A stretch of DNA of 64,000 nt. Source: Malacoraja senta. Taxonomy: Eukaryota. Positions within the stretch are counted from its first letter, which is position 1. Each line of letters starts with the position of its first letter. Under the pieces are notes generated by a model. That model saw nothing but the letters and a program-made list of their open reading frames with translations. It had not been told where the DNA came from and did not search any database. The stretch lies in the NCBI GenBank assembly GCA_038087875.1, contig CM075991.1, positions 10,852,001 through 10,916,000 of the forward strand, read 5' to 3'. Below, piece after piece: positions 52,996 to 64,000 of this stretch. The position numbers were made by a program, and so were the translations under genes.

Positions 52996-55900
52996 ATTGT
53001 GTGGAAATTATATGGAAAATGTGCAGCATGTTAGAGTTTAGAGATACAGCACGGAAACCAGCCCTTCGGCCCACCGAGTCCACACCGACCAGCGATCCCC
53101 GCACATTAACACCACCCTACACACTCTAGGGACAATCATACATTTATACCCAGCCTATTCACCTACAAACCTGTACGTCTTTGGGGTGTGAGAGGAAACT
53201 GAACATCTCAGAGAAATCCCACGCGGGTCACGGGGAGAACGTACAAACTCCTTACAGACAAGCACCCGTAGTCAGAATCGAACCCGGGTCTCTGGCGCTG
53301 TAAGGCAGCATCTCTACCGCTGCACCACCATGTTGCCCTGGTGTTGGTCTTGGCAACATATCCAGCACTGACATTGTGGGCCGAAGGGCCTGTTCCTGTG
53401 CTGTACTGTCCAATTGGTCTATGTTCACTCCAAATTTAAAATGTTCTACCTGTTGGCAGGATGTGAGATGAATTGTAGGACATCCCCGCAAAGGGGACAA
53501 GAGTGTAAAGAGTATAGAATACCCCCCCTCACGAATGCATATAACAGATCCATTAGGCGTTATGTATTGGTGGTGAAAATGAGGAGACAGACTCTGAATT
53601 AAATGACTCTAAAACAGGACATTGACTGGATATTTTTAATTGGCAGAGACTTATTCTTACCACTGGTTCACTTTAATGATTTAATTACATTATCGCAGAA
53701 AATGTCAGAGTTAGCAGACATGGCAAGTGTAATGTGATTCTACTGAGATTCCTTATATTGATCACCCCACCATCACTAATACCTCTGACAGACTTGACCC
53801 AAGTGCTGATTTTTGATCAGACACTGCTGGAGATTGGAGATTTAAAGTAGACCCAGAACTGTGGCGCTGTAAGGCAGCAACTCTACCGCTGAGCCACCAC
53901 GCCTCCCCCGCATTTCTCCAGCATTTTCTGCCCATCTTCATCTCAATATTCATTGGAGTCAACATTCAACTCAACATTCATTCGATTTAGGAGATTGAAG
54001 GATGCATGACAGATATCAGATGATGGGACCAGCTTGAAGGAGTGCACACATTTTTGTCTCTCATTTACTCCCATGTTAATAATCAAGATATTAAAACATC
54101 ATAAAAAGTTAGACAAAGTACTGGAGAGGTGGCACTCAGCGTTTTGCTCTAGATTCCAGCAACCCCAGTTCTTTTTGTCTTCAAAGCAGTTACAACTGAT
54201 GCTCAGGGTTTCGAAGGGTCTCGACCCGAAACGTTGCCTATTTCCTTCGCTCCATAGATGCTGCCTCACCCGCTGAGTTTCTCCAGCATTTTCGTCCACA
54301 ACTGATATTCATTCTCTTTACTATCAAAGGTAGACACAAAATGCTGGAGTAACTCAAGCTGAAGGGTCTCAACCCGAAACGTCACCCATTCCTTCTCTCC
54401 AGAGAAGCTGCCTGTCCCGCTGAGTTACTCCAGCATTTTGTGTCTACCTTTGATTTAAACCAGCATCTTCAGTTCTTTCCTACACTGTTTACTATCAACC
54501 TCTTTCCATGAAGTGATGTTGGGTTTCAGGAACTATAAAAGAAAAATCTCATGGAAAAAGAAGGTTAAGGCCCAAGTGTTGGTAAATGGGATTGGAGGTT
54601 GAGGGAGACTGCGGGACGACGGGCCTGTTTCTGTGCTTCATGGATTTATGACTCTAAAGCATTGATTGGGTATTTTTAATTAGCAGAGGAGTTTTCTTGT
54701 CACTTGGTTTTTACTTTAATGAGTTAATTACATTGCTGGAGAATGTCACCATGAACAGACACAGTGAGCCTAATGTTCTTCTGCGATTAATTACCTCACC
54801 AGCACTAAAACCTCTGACAGACTTCACCCAAGTACTAGACAGCTCCTCAAGCACAACCAATGCTTATTGTGCACAGCAGGAGACTGAAATCTAAAGTTGG
54901 CATGCAACTATGTTATTTTCTTGTTAGTTAAACATCACTGGCAATCTAAATTGCCCTATGATGCATTAACTACTGACTGTGGAATCTCAGCTCTTTAGTC
55001 GGAACATTCCTCACATCACAATTAAACTCCGCTACCATCAAAGTGACACCACTGGAATGTGGGCATTGCATTTGTCCAGCACCATCTGGCTGAAGAAGTC
55101 TTGACCCAAAATGCCACCTATTCCTTTTCACCAGAGATGCTGTCTGACCCGCTGAGTTTCGTTTCGTTTCGAGATGCAGCGCTGAAACAGGCCCGTCGGC
55201 CCACCAAATCCACACCGACCAGCGATCCCCGCACATTAACACTATCCTGCACACACAATGACCAGTTTTTTAAAATATTTATACCAAGCCAATTAACCTA
55301 CAAGCCTGTACGTCTTTGGAGTGTGGGAGGAAAGCGAAGATCTCGGGGGAAACCCACGCAGGTCACGGGGAGAACGTACAAACTCCGTACAGACAGCGCC
55401 TGTGGTCGGGATCGAACCCGGGTCTCCGACGCTGCATTGGCCATAAAGTTGCTGCCTAAAATTGCCAGAGACCCGGAATTGATCCTGAATATGGGTGCTG
55501 TCTGTATGGAGTTTGCTCCTTTTCCCTTTGATCGCATGGGATTTCTCCGGGTGCTCTTGTTTCCTTCCACATTCCAAAGATGCGCAGGAACCTTTCTCAG
55601 ACCCAACCCAACCGTGATACATGAGCGAGAAAACCGAAGACCTCGGAGAAAACCCAAGCGGTTAACGGGAGAACATACAAACACTGTACAGACCGTACAG
55701 ACAGCATCCGTTGTCGGGATCGAACCTGGGTCTCCGGCGCTGTGAGGCAGCAACTCCACCACTGTGCCACCCGCCCACCCTCCACCGAGTAACTCCACCA
55801 AGTTACTCCAGCGTTTTGTGACCATCTGGCAATGCCTCATTAAGACAGGGTGCCGAATGCCTGGTTAAAGAGGTGGACTTTAAGCCACTTCTTTGAGTAG

Positions 55901-56324
55901 GAGAGATAAAGAATTCAACAATTATGTGCCAATGTCATGTTTAAATTATAAAACACACGTGCTCTTCATAAGGAACACTGTGAGGAAAAATGATGCGAGC
56001 CATACAACCCTTCTACCAACCTCATTCACACTGACCATGTTGGCATTTTGGGCTAGTCCCATTTGCCCACAGTTGGGCAATATCCCTGTGATTCTTTCCA
56101 ACCATATATGTGCCTGATGAAGGGTCTCGACCCAAAACATCACCTATTCCTTTTCTTCAGAGATGCTGCCTGCCCCGCTGATTTGCGCCAGCATTTTGTG
56201 TCTATCTTCAGTGTAAACCACCTTCTGCAGTTCCTTCCACCACACAGCCCCCAAATGCCTGCTCGACATTGGAAATAGTTACAGTGAGCAGAAGGCTTTG
56301 GGACACAACCTCATTCTTCTTTGT

Positions 56325-56507
56325 TTGAGAAGGAACTGCAGATGCTGGAAAATCGAAGGTAGACAAAAGTGCTGGAGAAACTCAGCGGGTGCAGCAGCAT
56401 CTATGGAGCGAAGGAAATAGGCAACGTTTCGGCCCAAAACGTTGCCTATTTCCTTCGCTCCATAGATGCTGCTGCACCTGCTGAGTTTCTCCAGCACTTT
56501 TGTCTAC
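56325..56507. mobile_element. Palindromic Penelope-derived insert
   Basis: 16-bp TSD CCTCATTCTTCTTTGT (56309-56324, 56508-56523). Confidence 0.82.
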
Positions 56508-57998
56508 CCTCATTCTTCTTTGTGTCTTTACAATGCTAACAAGATATGCTTACACGTTGCTTGTCTCTCAATATCACATTCTCTTCAAGTTTGCTCCACG
56601 CGTTTGCTCTGGATTTTAGCCGATCTTATTATTTATGTTTTGTTTTGGCAGGGCTGATTTTAATTGAGGATGCACTATCTGTCTGACAGCGTGTTTGGAA
56701 TCCTACAAATGACACATATCCTCTCTCACCGGTCTTTGATCGTGCTCTGTTCCGCTCAGATTTCATCTCCTCCACATACTCTAGGCATCTTTAAAAATAT
56801 TGCTGTTTCATCTTTGTCTCTGACATCCATCAGTTTCTTTCTTCCTTGCTCCCACCCACAAACCATCCACAAGGATTCTGTTTGTTCTCGCTGCAGTTGC
56901 AAAGGCCGGGGAACCAGAGGAAGTGTAGAGGTGGGCGATGAGTAGAAGGAAGAGGGGGAGCAGGGAGATGGAGGAGCGGAAAGAAAGACGTGGTGAGAGG
57001 TCCTCATGCCACAGATGGCTGTGGAGGCCAAGTCAATGGATATTTTTACAGTGGAAATTGATAGGTTCTTGATTAGTACTGGTGTCTGAAGTTATGGGGA
57101 GAAGGCAGGAGAATGGTTTTGAGAGGGAAAGATAGTTCAAACATGATTGAACGGCAGAGTACACTCGATGGGCCAAATGGTCTAATCCTGCTCCTATGTC
57201 TTAGGAACTTATGAACTCGGAAGGCTCGATATTCAGTCGCTTGCACGCAGCGGTAGAGCAGCTACTTAAGAGCACCAGAGACTCGGGTTTGATCCTTGTC
57301 TGCTTGTTGTTTGTACGTTCTATCTATGACCGCGTGGGTTTTCTCTGGGTGCTCTGGTTTCCTCACACACCCCAGAGACGTACTGGTTTGTAGATGAATT
57401 GGTTTAGGTAAAACCGTAAATTTTCCCTAGCGTGTAGGATATTGCTAGTGTACGGTGTGATCGCAGGCTGGCACGGACTCGGTGGGCCGAAGGGCCTGTT
57501 CCCACGCAGAATCTATAAAGTCTACATTCTAGGGTCTAGAGACTAGAGACTAGAGACTAAAGATTGACCAAAGTGATTAAGCACGTTTCCTCCGGTGTCA
57601 GCAGGACCGAACACATCTGGGAGATGAGCTACAACTCCCATTATTAACTCACAGAAAAAGACAGGGGCACATTAGGGAAGGTTCTGGATTGAGACAGCAA
57701 TTAGAGGGAATGCAGTCAGCTCGATAGCCTACACAAGGCATCACCCTGACACACTTTGTAACGGCCGGCCTGATCTTAGATTGATCACTGGACCTTCCAT
57801 CCGTGATCAACAACTTGTTTCAAAATCAATTCTGGCCCCTTGAACAGTCTGCAGCACACGGTGCCTTGAGCGTTCTCCCAACACCAGGATCGATCAAGTC
57901 TATCTTTCTCTTGGGAACCGCTCAAGAACACTGCAGCCCACGCTGTGAGTATTGGTTTATTATTGTCAAACGCACCGAGGTACAGTGAAAAGCTTTTG

Positions 57999-58205
57999 GT
58001 ACACAAAAATGCTGGAGAAACTCAGCGGGTGCAGCAGCATCTATGGAGCGAAGGAAATAGGTAACGTTTCGGGCCGAAACCCTTCTTCAGGCCCGAAACG
58101 TTACCTATTTCCTTCGCTCCATAGATGCTGCTGCACCCGCTGAGTTTCTCCAGCATTTTTGTGTACCTTCGATTTTCCAGCATCTGCAGTTCCTTCTTTA
58201 ACACA
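57999..58205. mobile_element. Palindromic Penelope-derived insert
   Basis: 17-bp TSD ACAGTGAAAAGCTTTTG (57982-57998, 58206-58222). Confidence 0.82.
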
Positions 58206-61198
58206 ACAGTGAAAAGCTTTTGTTTGCTCTCTAACCAGTCTGTGGCGCAGCGGTAGAGTTGCTGCCTTTACAGGCTGAAGGGTAGTGGCACAGCGGTAGA
58301 GTTGCTGCCTACAGGCTGAATGCACAGTACTTAATGGCAAGGTAAGGGAATCAAGAACCAGAGGGCAAAGGTTTACGATGCGAGGGGAAAGACCATGAGG
58401 GAGTGGGGGCTCGGAAAGCAGAAGTCATTAAAGAAGCAAACGGCGTGCGAGGTATCTTGGGTCAGGAGAGATGGACTAGGGGGCAATAGGATGCAGTCGA
58501 AGTACGTGAAGATTATTTCAGTGGGACAGGAGCAGGCGGAAACAATGGGCCTGATGCCCATCTGTGGCAATACATGCAGCTCTTGCCAGCAAAGCCCACA
58601 TCACAGTACATAAATAATTAGATATAAATTAATTAATGATAAATAAATTAGCAAATGACAATTTCAATGTATGGTCACTGAGGTAACTTTGAGAGGATGC
58701 TGACACTCACATAATAATAGGAGGCAGACTGATCCATACTTTTCATTAAACCGCAAAGAAACAATAATCTTTTTAAATCAAAGAAATGCCAGTGAAATAT
58801 CTCTGCTCCGCGACAAAAATTAAGAAGTGTTAAGCAGGAAGAATGCTAGAGGGAGCATGAGTTTCATTTATCCCGGTCCCTATGATCTAAAGCATGCCTG
58901 ACAGAGACATCTAGGCAATAAAGGGAAGTTGCAGAGGTAATGGTGAAATCTCACTTTAATTTACTGACAAGCAGAACATACTCCGCAAGGTCCCTCCGCA
59001 ATCATTTTTCTCATTTTCATGGAATAGAAATATTACCGTTCCCACACATCTTTGGCAACAGACTTTTATTCATGCATGCCCTGTACAAGTCGCCCATTGT
59101 CCACAGGCTCAGCACAACACACTGCACCTGGTTTAACCATTCACTTGGCTGAAGCGGACGCGAATGAATCCTCTGCTCTCCTCCGAATCCTTTCACTACA
59201 AATAGCCTTTATGTTAAAACTGTTCAGTTTAGTTTAGAGATACTGCGTGCAAACAGGCCCTTCAGCCCATTGATGTCGCCCCAACCAGCGATCCCCGCAC
59301 ACTAATACTTAATATAAGTAGATGATTTAATGCACTCACATGATTGCCTGTCATCGAGTGTGTCTCTCCACTATCATTGCACATAAAATGGCAAAGTCAT
59401 TATAGCACAATGACTATGCATAATTCACATTTATGTATAGGGATAATTGGGATAATTTGCGATTCTTACCGAAGCCAATTAACCTATAAACCTGTACGTC
59501 TTTGGAGTGTGGGAGGAAACCTGTGCACCCAGGGAGAACCCACGCGGTCACAGGGAGAACGTACAAACTCCGTACAGACAGCACCCGTAGTCAGGATCGA
59601 ACCCGGGTCTCTAGTGCTGGCGCTGCCGCTGTGCCAATTCTATCGCTGAGCCTCCGTGTCCATTGTGGTGTGTATTTATACTCCATGTTCTCCAGTTCAA
59701 TTTCAGCCGAACATAGAAGGCAAGAGTGTACAGAAGAAAGTCTGATTAGCTTTAACGCTCTCCCTGTGACAGCGTGGGTTTTCTCTGGGTGCTCTGGTTT
59801 CCTCCCACATCCCAAAGACGCACGGGCTTGTAGGTTAATTGGCCTCTATAAATTTTCCCCTAGCATGCAAGGAGTGGATGAGAAAATGGGATAACATAGA
59901 ACTAGTGTGAATGGGTGATCAATGGTCAGCATGGACTCAGTGGGTTGAAGGGCCTCTTCCCATGCTGTGTCTTTCAATCAATTCAATCAAAACATCTATA
60001 ATTAGAATTTTTATATGTGAATTTTACTTTCCAATCCTCTTGCATCCTCTGGGTTGATCATCTTGATGTATAACGAGTGTATTACTGATAATTCAGAACC
60101 TCCTCCCTTGAGCTGAATTTTACTGTCAACTGGAAGTGATGCAGCTGCTACAAGCTGCATGTCTTCAAACCACATCGCAGATTATTAAATACTCAGCACA
60201 AACCTTTGGTTGCATCGTTGTGACATTCAACGTTTTAAAAAACAAAGCAATCCTCAGAATACCCATAAACCCCAAGAAATAATTGCAGCAGTTATACTGA
60301 GGGACTGTGCCAAAGTGGGGTGGGAGACGGTGCCAGGACAATGCTTGGTGGCTCTGCCATTTCATATACAATGCAGAGACACACAAGATGACACTGCCAA
60401 AGTAATGAAGTGCTCCAGTACTATTCACACAGTAAAACGACAATTCTTTGATAAAGGTTGGAAGAGGCCATGAAGTAACCGAACAGGTTAACCCAATTTA
60501 ACCTCCATGAACCACTCTCTGACACATCACAACCTGACTCTCAACAGGGGAACGGAGGGAAGTTGCAAGAGGATGGTCAAACTCACTGTTAGAGCCCCCC
60601 CCCCACCCATGCTTGAAGATGAGTCCCGACCAGAAATGTCGCCTACCCAATTCCGCCACAGATGCTGCCAGTACGGAGTTTGCATGTTCTCCCTACGACC
60701 GCAAAGGTTTTCTCCGGGTGCATCCACATTCCAAAGTAGTACAGGTTTGTAGGTTAATTGGCTTCTGTAAATTGTCCCTAGTGTGTAGGATGGTGTTAGT
60801 GTATGGGTGGTCACTGGTCGGTGTGGACTTGGTGGGCCAAAGGGCCCTTTTCCATTCTCTAAGTCTAAAGACTGTGAAAGAAAAAAAAACCAGGGCAAAG
60901 ATTTTCAAGTGCATTTAAGTACATACTCCTATATCCACACAGACATAGACACACAGACTTCCTCAGACATGTATACTGACATGAATACTAATCAGGCACC
61001 AACACTGATTATTTATTCATACTTTAGAATATAATCATAGTTGGGACAGGAGTAGACCATGAAGTATGTTGAGCCCGAGTCACCTTTCAATAAAATAACA
61101 AATGATCCGTGATTGTGTTCATTTATCCAAATAACTTCCATATCCTGCGATTCTCTTAATTCCAACAATATATTGATCTCAGCCTTGTACACAGTTAA

Positions 61199-61365
61199 AG
61201 GGGCCTGTCCCACTTACGCGATTTTTTCCGGCGACTTGCCGGAACCCGTCATAGTCGCAGCAGGTGGCCGAAAATCTTCAAAATGTTGCAACTCCAGCGG
61301 CGACCAGAAAAAGGTACGACTCTTAGGGCGACCACTCACGACCAAACAGGCGTCACCCACGCCAC
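61199..61365. mobile_element. Truncated Harbinger-type MITE
   Basis: TAA|AGGGGCCTGTCCCACTTA left end, similar to 25607; no right TIR. Confidence 0.6.
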
Positions 61366-61771
61366 AATGTCAATTAACTTACAAATCTGCACGTCTTTGG
61401 AATGTGGGAGGAAACCAGAGCACCTGGAGCAAACCCGCATGGTCACAGGAAGAATACAAAACTCGGTATAGACAGCAGCCGTAGTCAGGATCGAATGCAG
61501 GTCTCTGGCGCTGTGAGGCAGCAACTCTACCGCAGGGTTCCTGTGCCTCCCTATTGTGGCACCACTATTGTATTATTTACACCATTCATAATTTTTTTAT
61601 GATTCCAATTAAAACTGAAATTAACAAGGACAAGTTTAAGAAATTTCAGATCATTCCTTCTCACCCTTTTTTTGGCGTTGAAAATGTGGCAACGGAAGTT
61701 CTGAGCGCTTTTGATTGAGTAAAAAGAGAATTGCATGGAAATTTAGCCCCAGTCTGTAGTGGGATAGCTAA

Positions 61772-62320
61772 AGGAGCTGTCCCACTGTGGCGACCTAATC
61801 CGCGAGTTTAGAAGAGTTTGCCCTCGACTCATACTCACAGCATGGTCGACACGAGGTCCTAGGAGGTCTTTGTAACTCTCCTTCATGCTCGAGAGTGGTC
61901 CCCGCGTACTCAAGGCCTCAGCTAGGTCGCGGCGTATTTTTCAACATGCTGAAAAATGCCCGCAAGTAAAAAAAGATCACCATGGAAAAAAAAAAAAATC
62001 GACATTTTTTTTACTCGTAGGTTTAGTTGAAGTAGGTCGTAGTAGGTCGGCATGTTAATTGAAGGTGCTCGAAGGTAGTCGTAGATAGTCTTCAGCAAAG
62101 TCGAAGGGAGGTCGAAGGAGATCGAAGGAGGTCATCTTCACTCTCCACTATTCGGTTTCCAATTTTCCCGAAGCTAGTCGTAGCTAGTCTTCAACATAGT
62201 TGAAGGAGGTTGAAGGAGGTCTTCCACATAGTCGAAGGAGGTCTTCAACATGACACTTTTTCAAACTCTCCAAAACTCTTCTAAACTCGCCAACTAGGTC
62301 GCCGCAGTGGGACAGCCCCA
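61772..62320. mobile_element. Harbinger-type MITE, 549 bp
   Basis: TAA|AGGAGCTGTCCCACTGTGGCGACCTA...TAGGTCGCCGCAGTGGGACAGCCCCA|TAA; internal TTTTTCAACATGCTGAAAAA and gtcgaaggag repeats. Confidence 0.85.
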
Positions 62321-62409
62321 TAAGTATATTATAAAGTAATTTCAGGATTTAACATGGGTGTCTGGCGCTCTAAGATAACAACAACTGCTGTGTCATTGTC
62401 CCTCCATTC

Positions 62410-62830
62410 CCTGCATATCCATGTGCCTATTTAACAGCCTCTTAAATGCTGCTATTCCATCTGCACCCATCACCACAGCACAGGCAGCCTCCACTCTATG
62501 TAAAACTTGCCCCAACCATCTCTTTTACACTTTGCCCTCTCACATCACAGCTATGCCCTCTAGATTCGACATTTGCACCCTGAGAGAAAGAATTCGGAAT
62601 GTTTCCCCTAGCTAAGCCTCATAATTTCATAAACTTCTATAAGGTCTCTCCTCAACCTCTGGCTTTCCAGGGGAAACAATACAAATTTGTCCAATCTCCG
62701 CCTCATAGCTAATACCACATAATCTAGGCAGCGTCTGGTAATTCTCTTGTGCACCCTCTTCAAAGCTTCCACATTGTGCAATGGGACAAACAGAACTGCA
62801 CGCAAATCTCCAAATGGTGCCAAACCAAAG
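62410..62830 (-). mobile_element. Degenerate CR1 fragment
   Basis: ALKRVHKRITR..QRLRRDLIEVYEIM. Confidence 0.7.
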
Positions 62831-63718
62831 TCTTAAGAGCAAAACCCAAAATGCTGGAGTAACTCAGTGGGTCAGGCAGCATCTGTGGAGGGAATGGACA
62901 GGTGAAGTTTCAGGTCAGGACCCATCTTCAGACGCTAAACATTGCCTATCCATCCACTCCTCAGATGCTGCCTTACCCACTGAGTTCCTCCAGCATTTTG
63001 AGTTTTACTTAGGATCTTAGCATAGTCGCACAGCACAGAAACAGGCCCTTCAGCCCAACTTGCCCATGCTGCCCAGGATGCCCCATCTACACTAGTCCCA
63101 CCCGCCCGCAGTTCCTTGTAGTTTCTTCTGTCTCCAAAGTCTTAAGAGCGTGTTGTGTCTTGAACAGGCAACTTACTTTAAACAAATAGAATTCAGTTGC
63201 GCAAGAAATAAGACAAGCAGAGACAAGGCCCCCTCTCGGAGTAAAAGCCCAGTTTAGATTTGACAAGAACCTTGTATCTACCTGGAGCAAGTGGGGAACC
63301 TTTAATGAAATCACAGATCTAACTCCAAATATTTGACAGTATTAAAGAATTTGATAAATCTCTTCACACCCACCCCTAAAAAAAAACACCATTTTGCTGG
63401 CGGGTACTGTTCTCATTATTCTTTCAAACCAAAAATGAAACCTATTAATTATGTCTGCAGATGTAATAATTCTCCCTTGAAGGGACTTCTCCTTTAATGG
63501 GGAATTGGACACAAGGCCAAAGTAAACGAGGGCAAAAACTCAAAACAAGGATGAAACATCAACTAGTTGCAATAAAAAAATATGTATAAAAGTTATAGAG
63601 GGAAGGAATAGACGTCCCGGGTCGCTCCTAACTTCCATCTAAATCCCACAGCAACCTCAGTGGATCAGTCACCCGCCTTTAATGAGTACTTTCTGACTGG
63701 CGATGTTTGTTTTAAATT

Positions 63719-64000
63719 CCGAAGATAGACACAAAATGCTGGAGTAGCTCAGCGGGACAGGCAGCATCTCTGGAGAGAAGGAATGGGTGAAGTTTCGGGT
63801 CGAGACAGGGGAAGAGGGAGACACGGAGATAAGGAAGGGTAGGGTGTGAAAACGAAACATCCACGCAGATTGGAAAAAATCAAGGAAAATGTAGGATTGT
63901 GAGCGAGGAGAGGCATAAAATGCAATCAGAGGGGACAGTCAGACTGGTCGGAGAACTGTGGTGGAGAGAGAAGGGGGAAAGCAAGGAGTTGCTTGAAGTT
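63719..64000 (-). mobile_element. Penelope-like 3' fragment running off the window end
   Basis: Same terminal repeat (gatagacacaaaatgctggag..gtttcgggtcgagac) followed by a purine-rich UTR-like stretch. Confidence 0.6.

Noticed and set aside
55059..55840. 228-aa and 180-aa overlapping ORFs
   Set aside because: Read-through of adjacent Penelope-derived and SINE fragments; no protein motif.
60165..60443. Candidate TSPAN15 exon 1 (TGG|gt at ~60292)
   Set aside because: The upstream frame reads AQSLSITAAIISWGLW, unlike the expected LKFxLxxYxxxFW, and the donor is weak. No exon 1 was found in 48046-64000.

Overview
Repeat-dense vertebrate genomic DNA. The repeat complement (HE1/V-SINE-type tRNA SINEs, CR1, Rex1/Babar, L2, Penelope) points to a cartilaginous fish; that assignment is inference. 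The only host gene I can support is a TSPAN15(-like) TspanC8 tetraspanin on the minus strand. Five phase-0 internal coding exons were read by hand (48045-47860, 34728-34654, 32987-32892, 15161-15045, 250-200; 175 codons; all AG/GT). The first and last exons were not found in the window. Almost every other ORF in the track comes from a transposon or is spurious. The introns hold: (i) two different short (~140-190 bp) non-coding retroelements that start exactly at an HDV-like ribozyme fold and end in ACACGAAA(GAA)n, plus a 3' fragment of a Vingi/Ingi-like LINE with a similar tail; (ii) dozens of short Penelope-derived inserts, often palindromic, with a minimal hammerhead-like core and 11-17 bp TSDs; (iii) a diverse PIF/Harbinger-type MITE family (CTGTCCCAC ends, TTA/TAA TSD) clustered next to exons, including an inverted pair bracketing exons 2-3; (iv) three local TE-anchored duplications. 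TE boundaries without a stated TSD are approximate.
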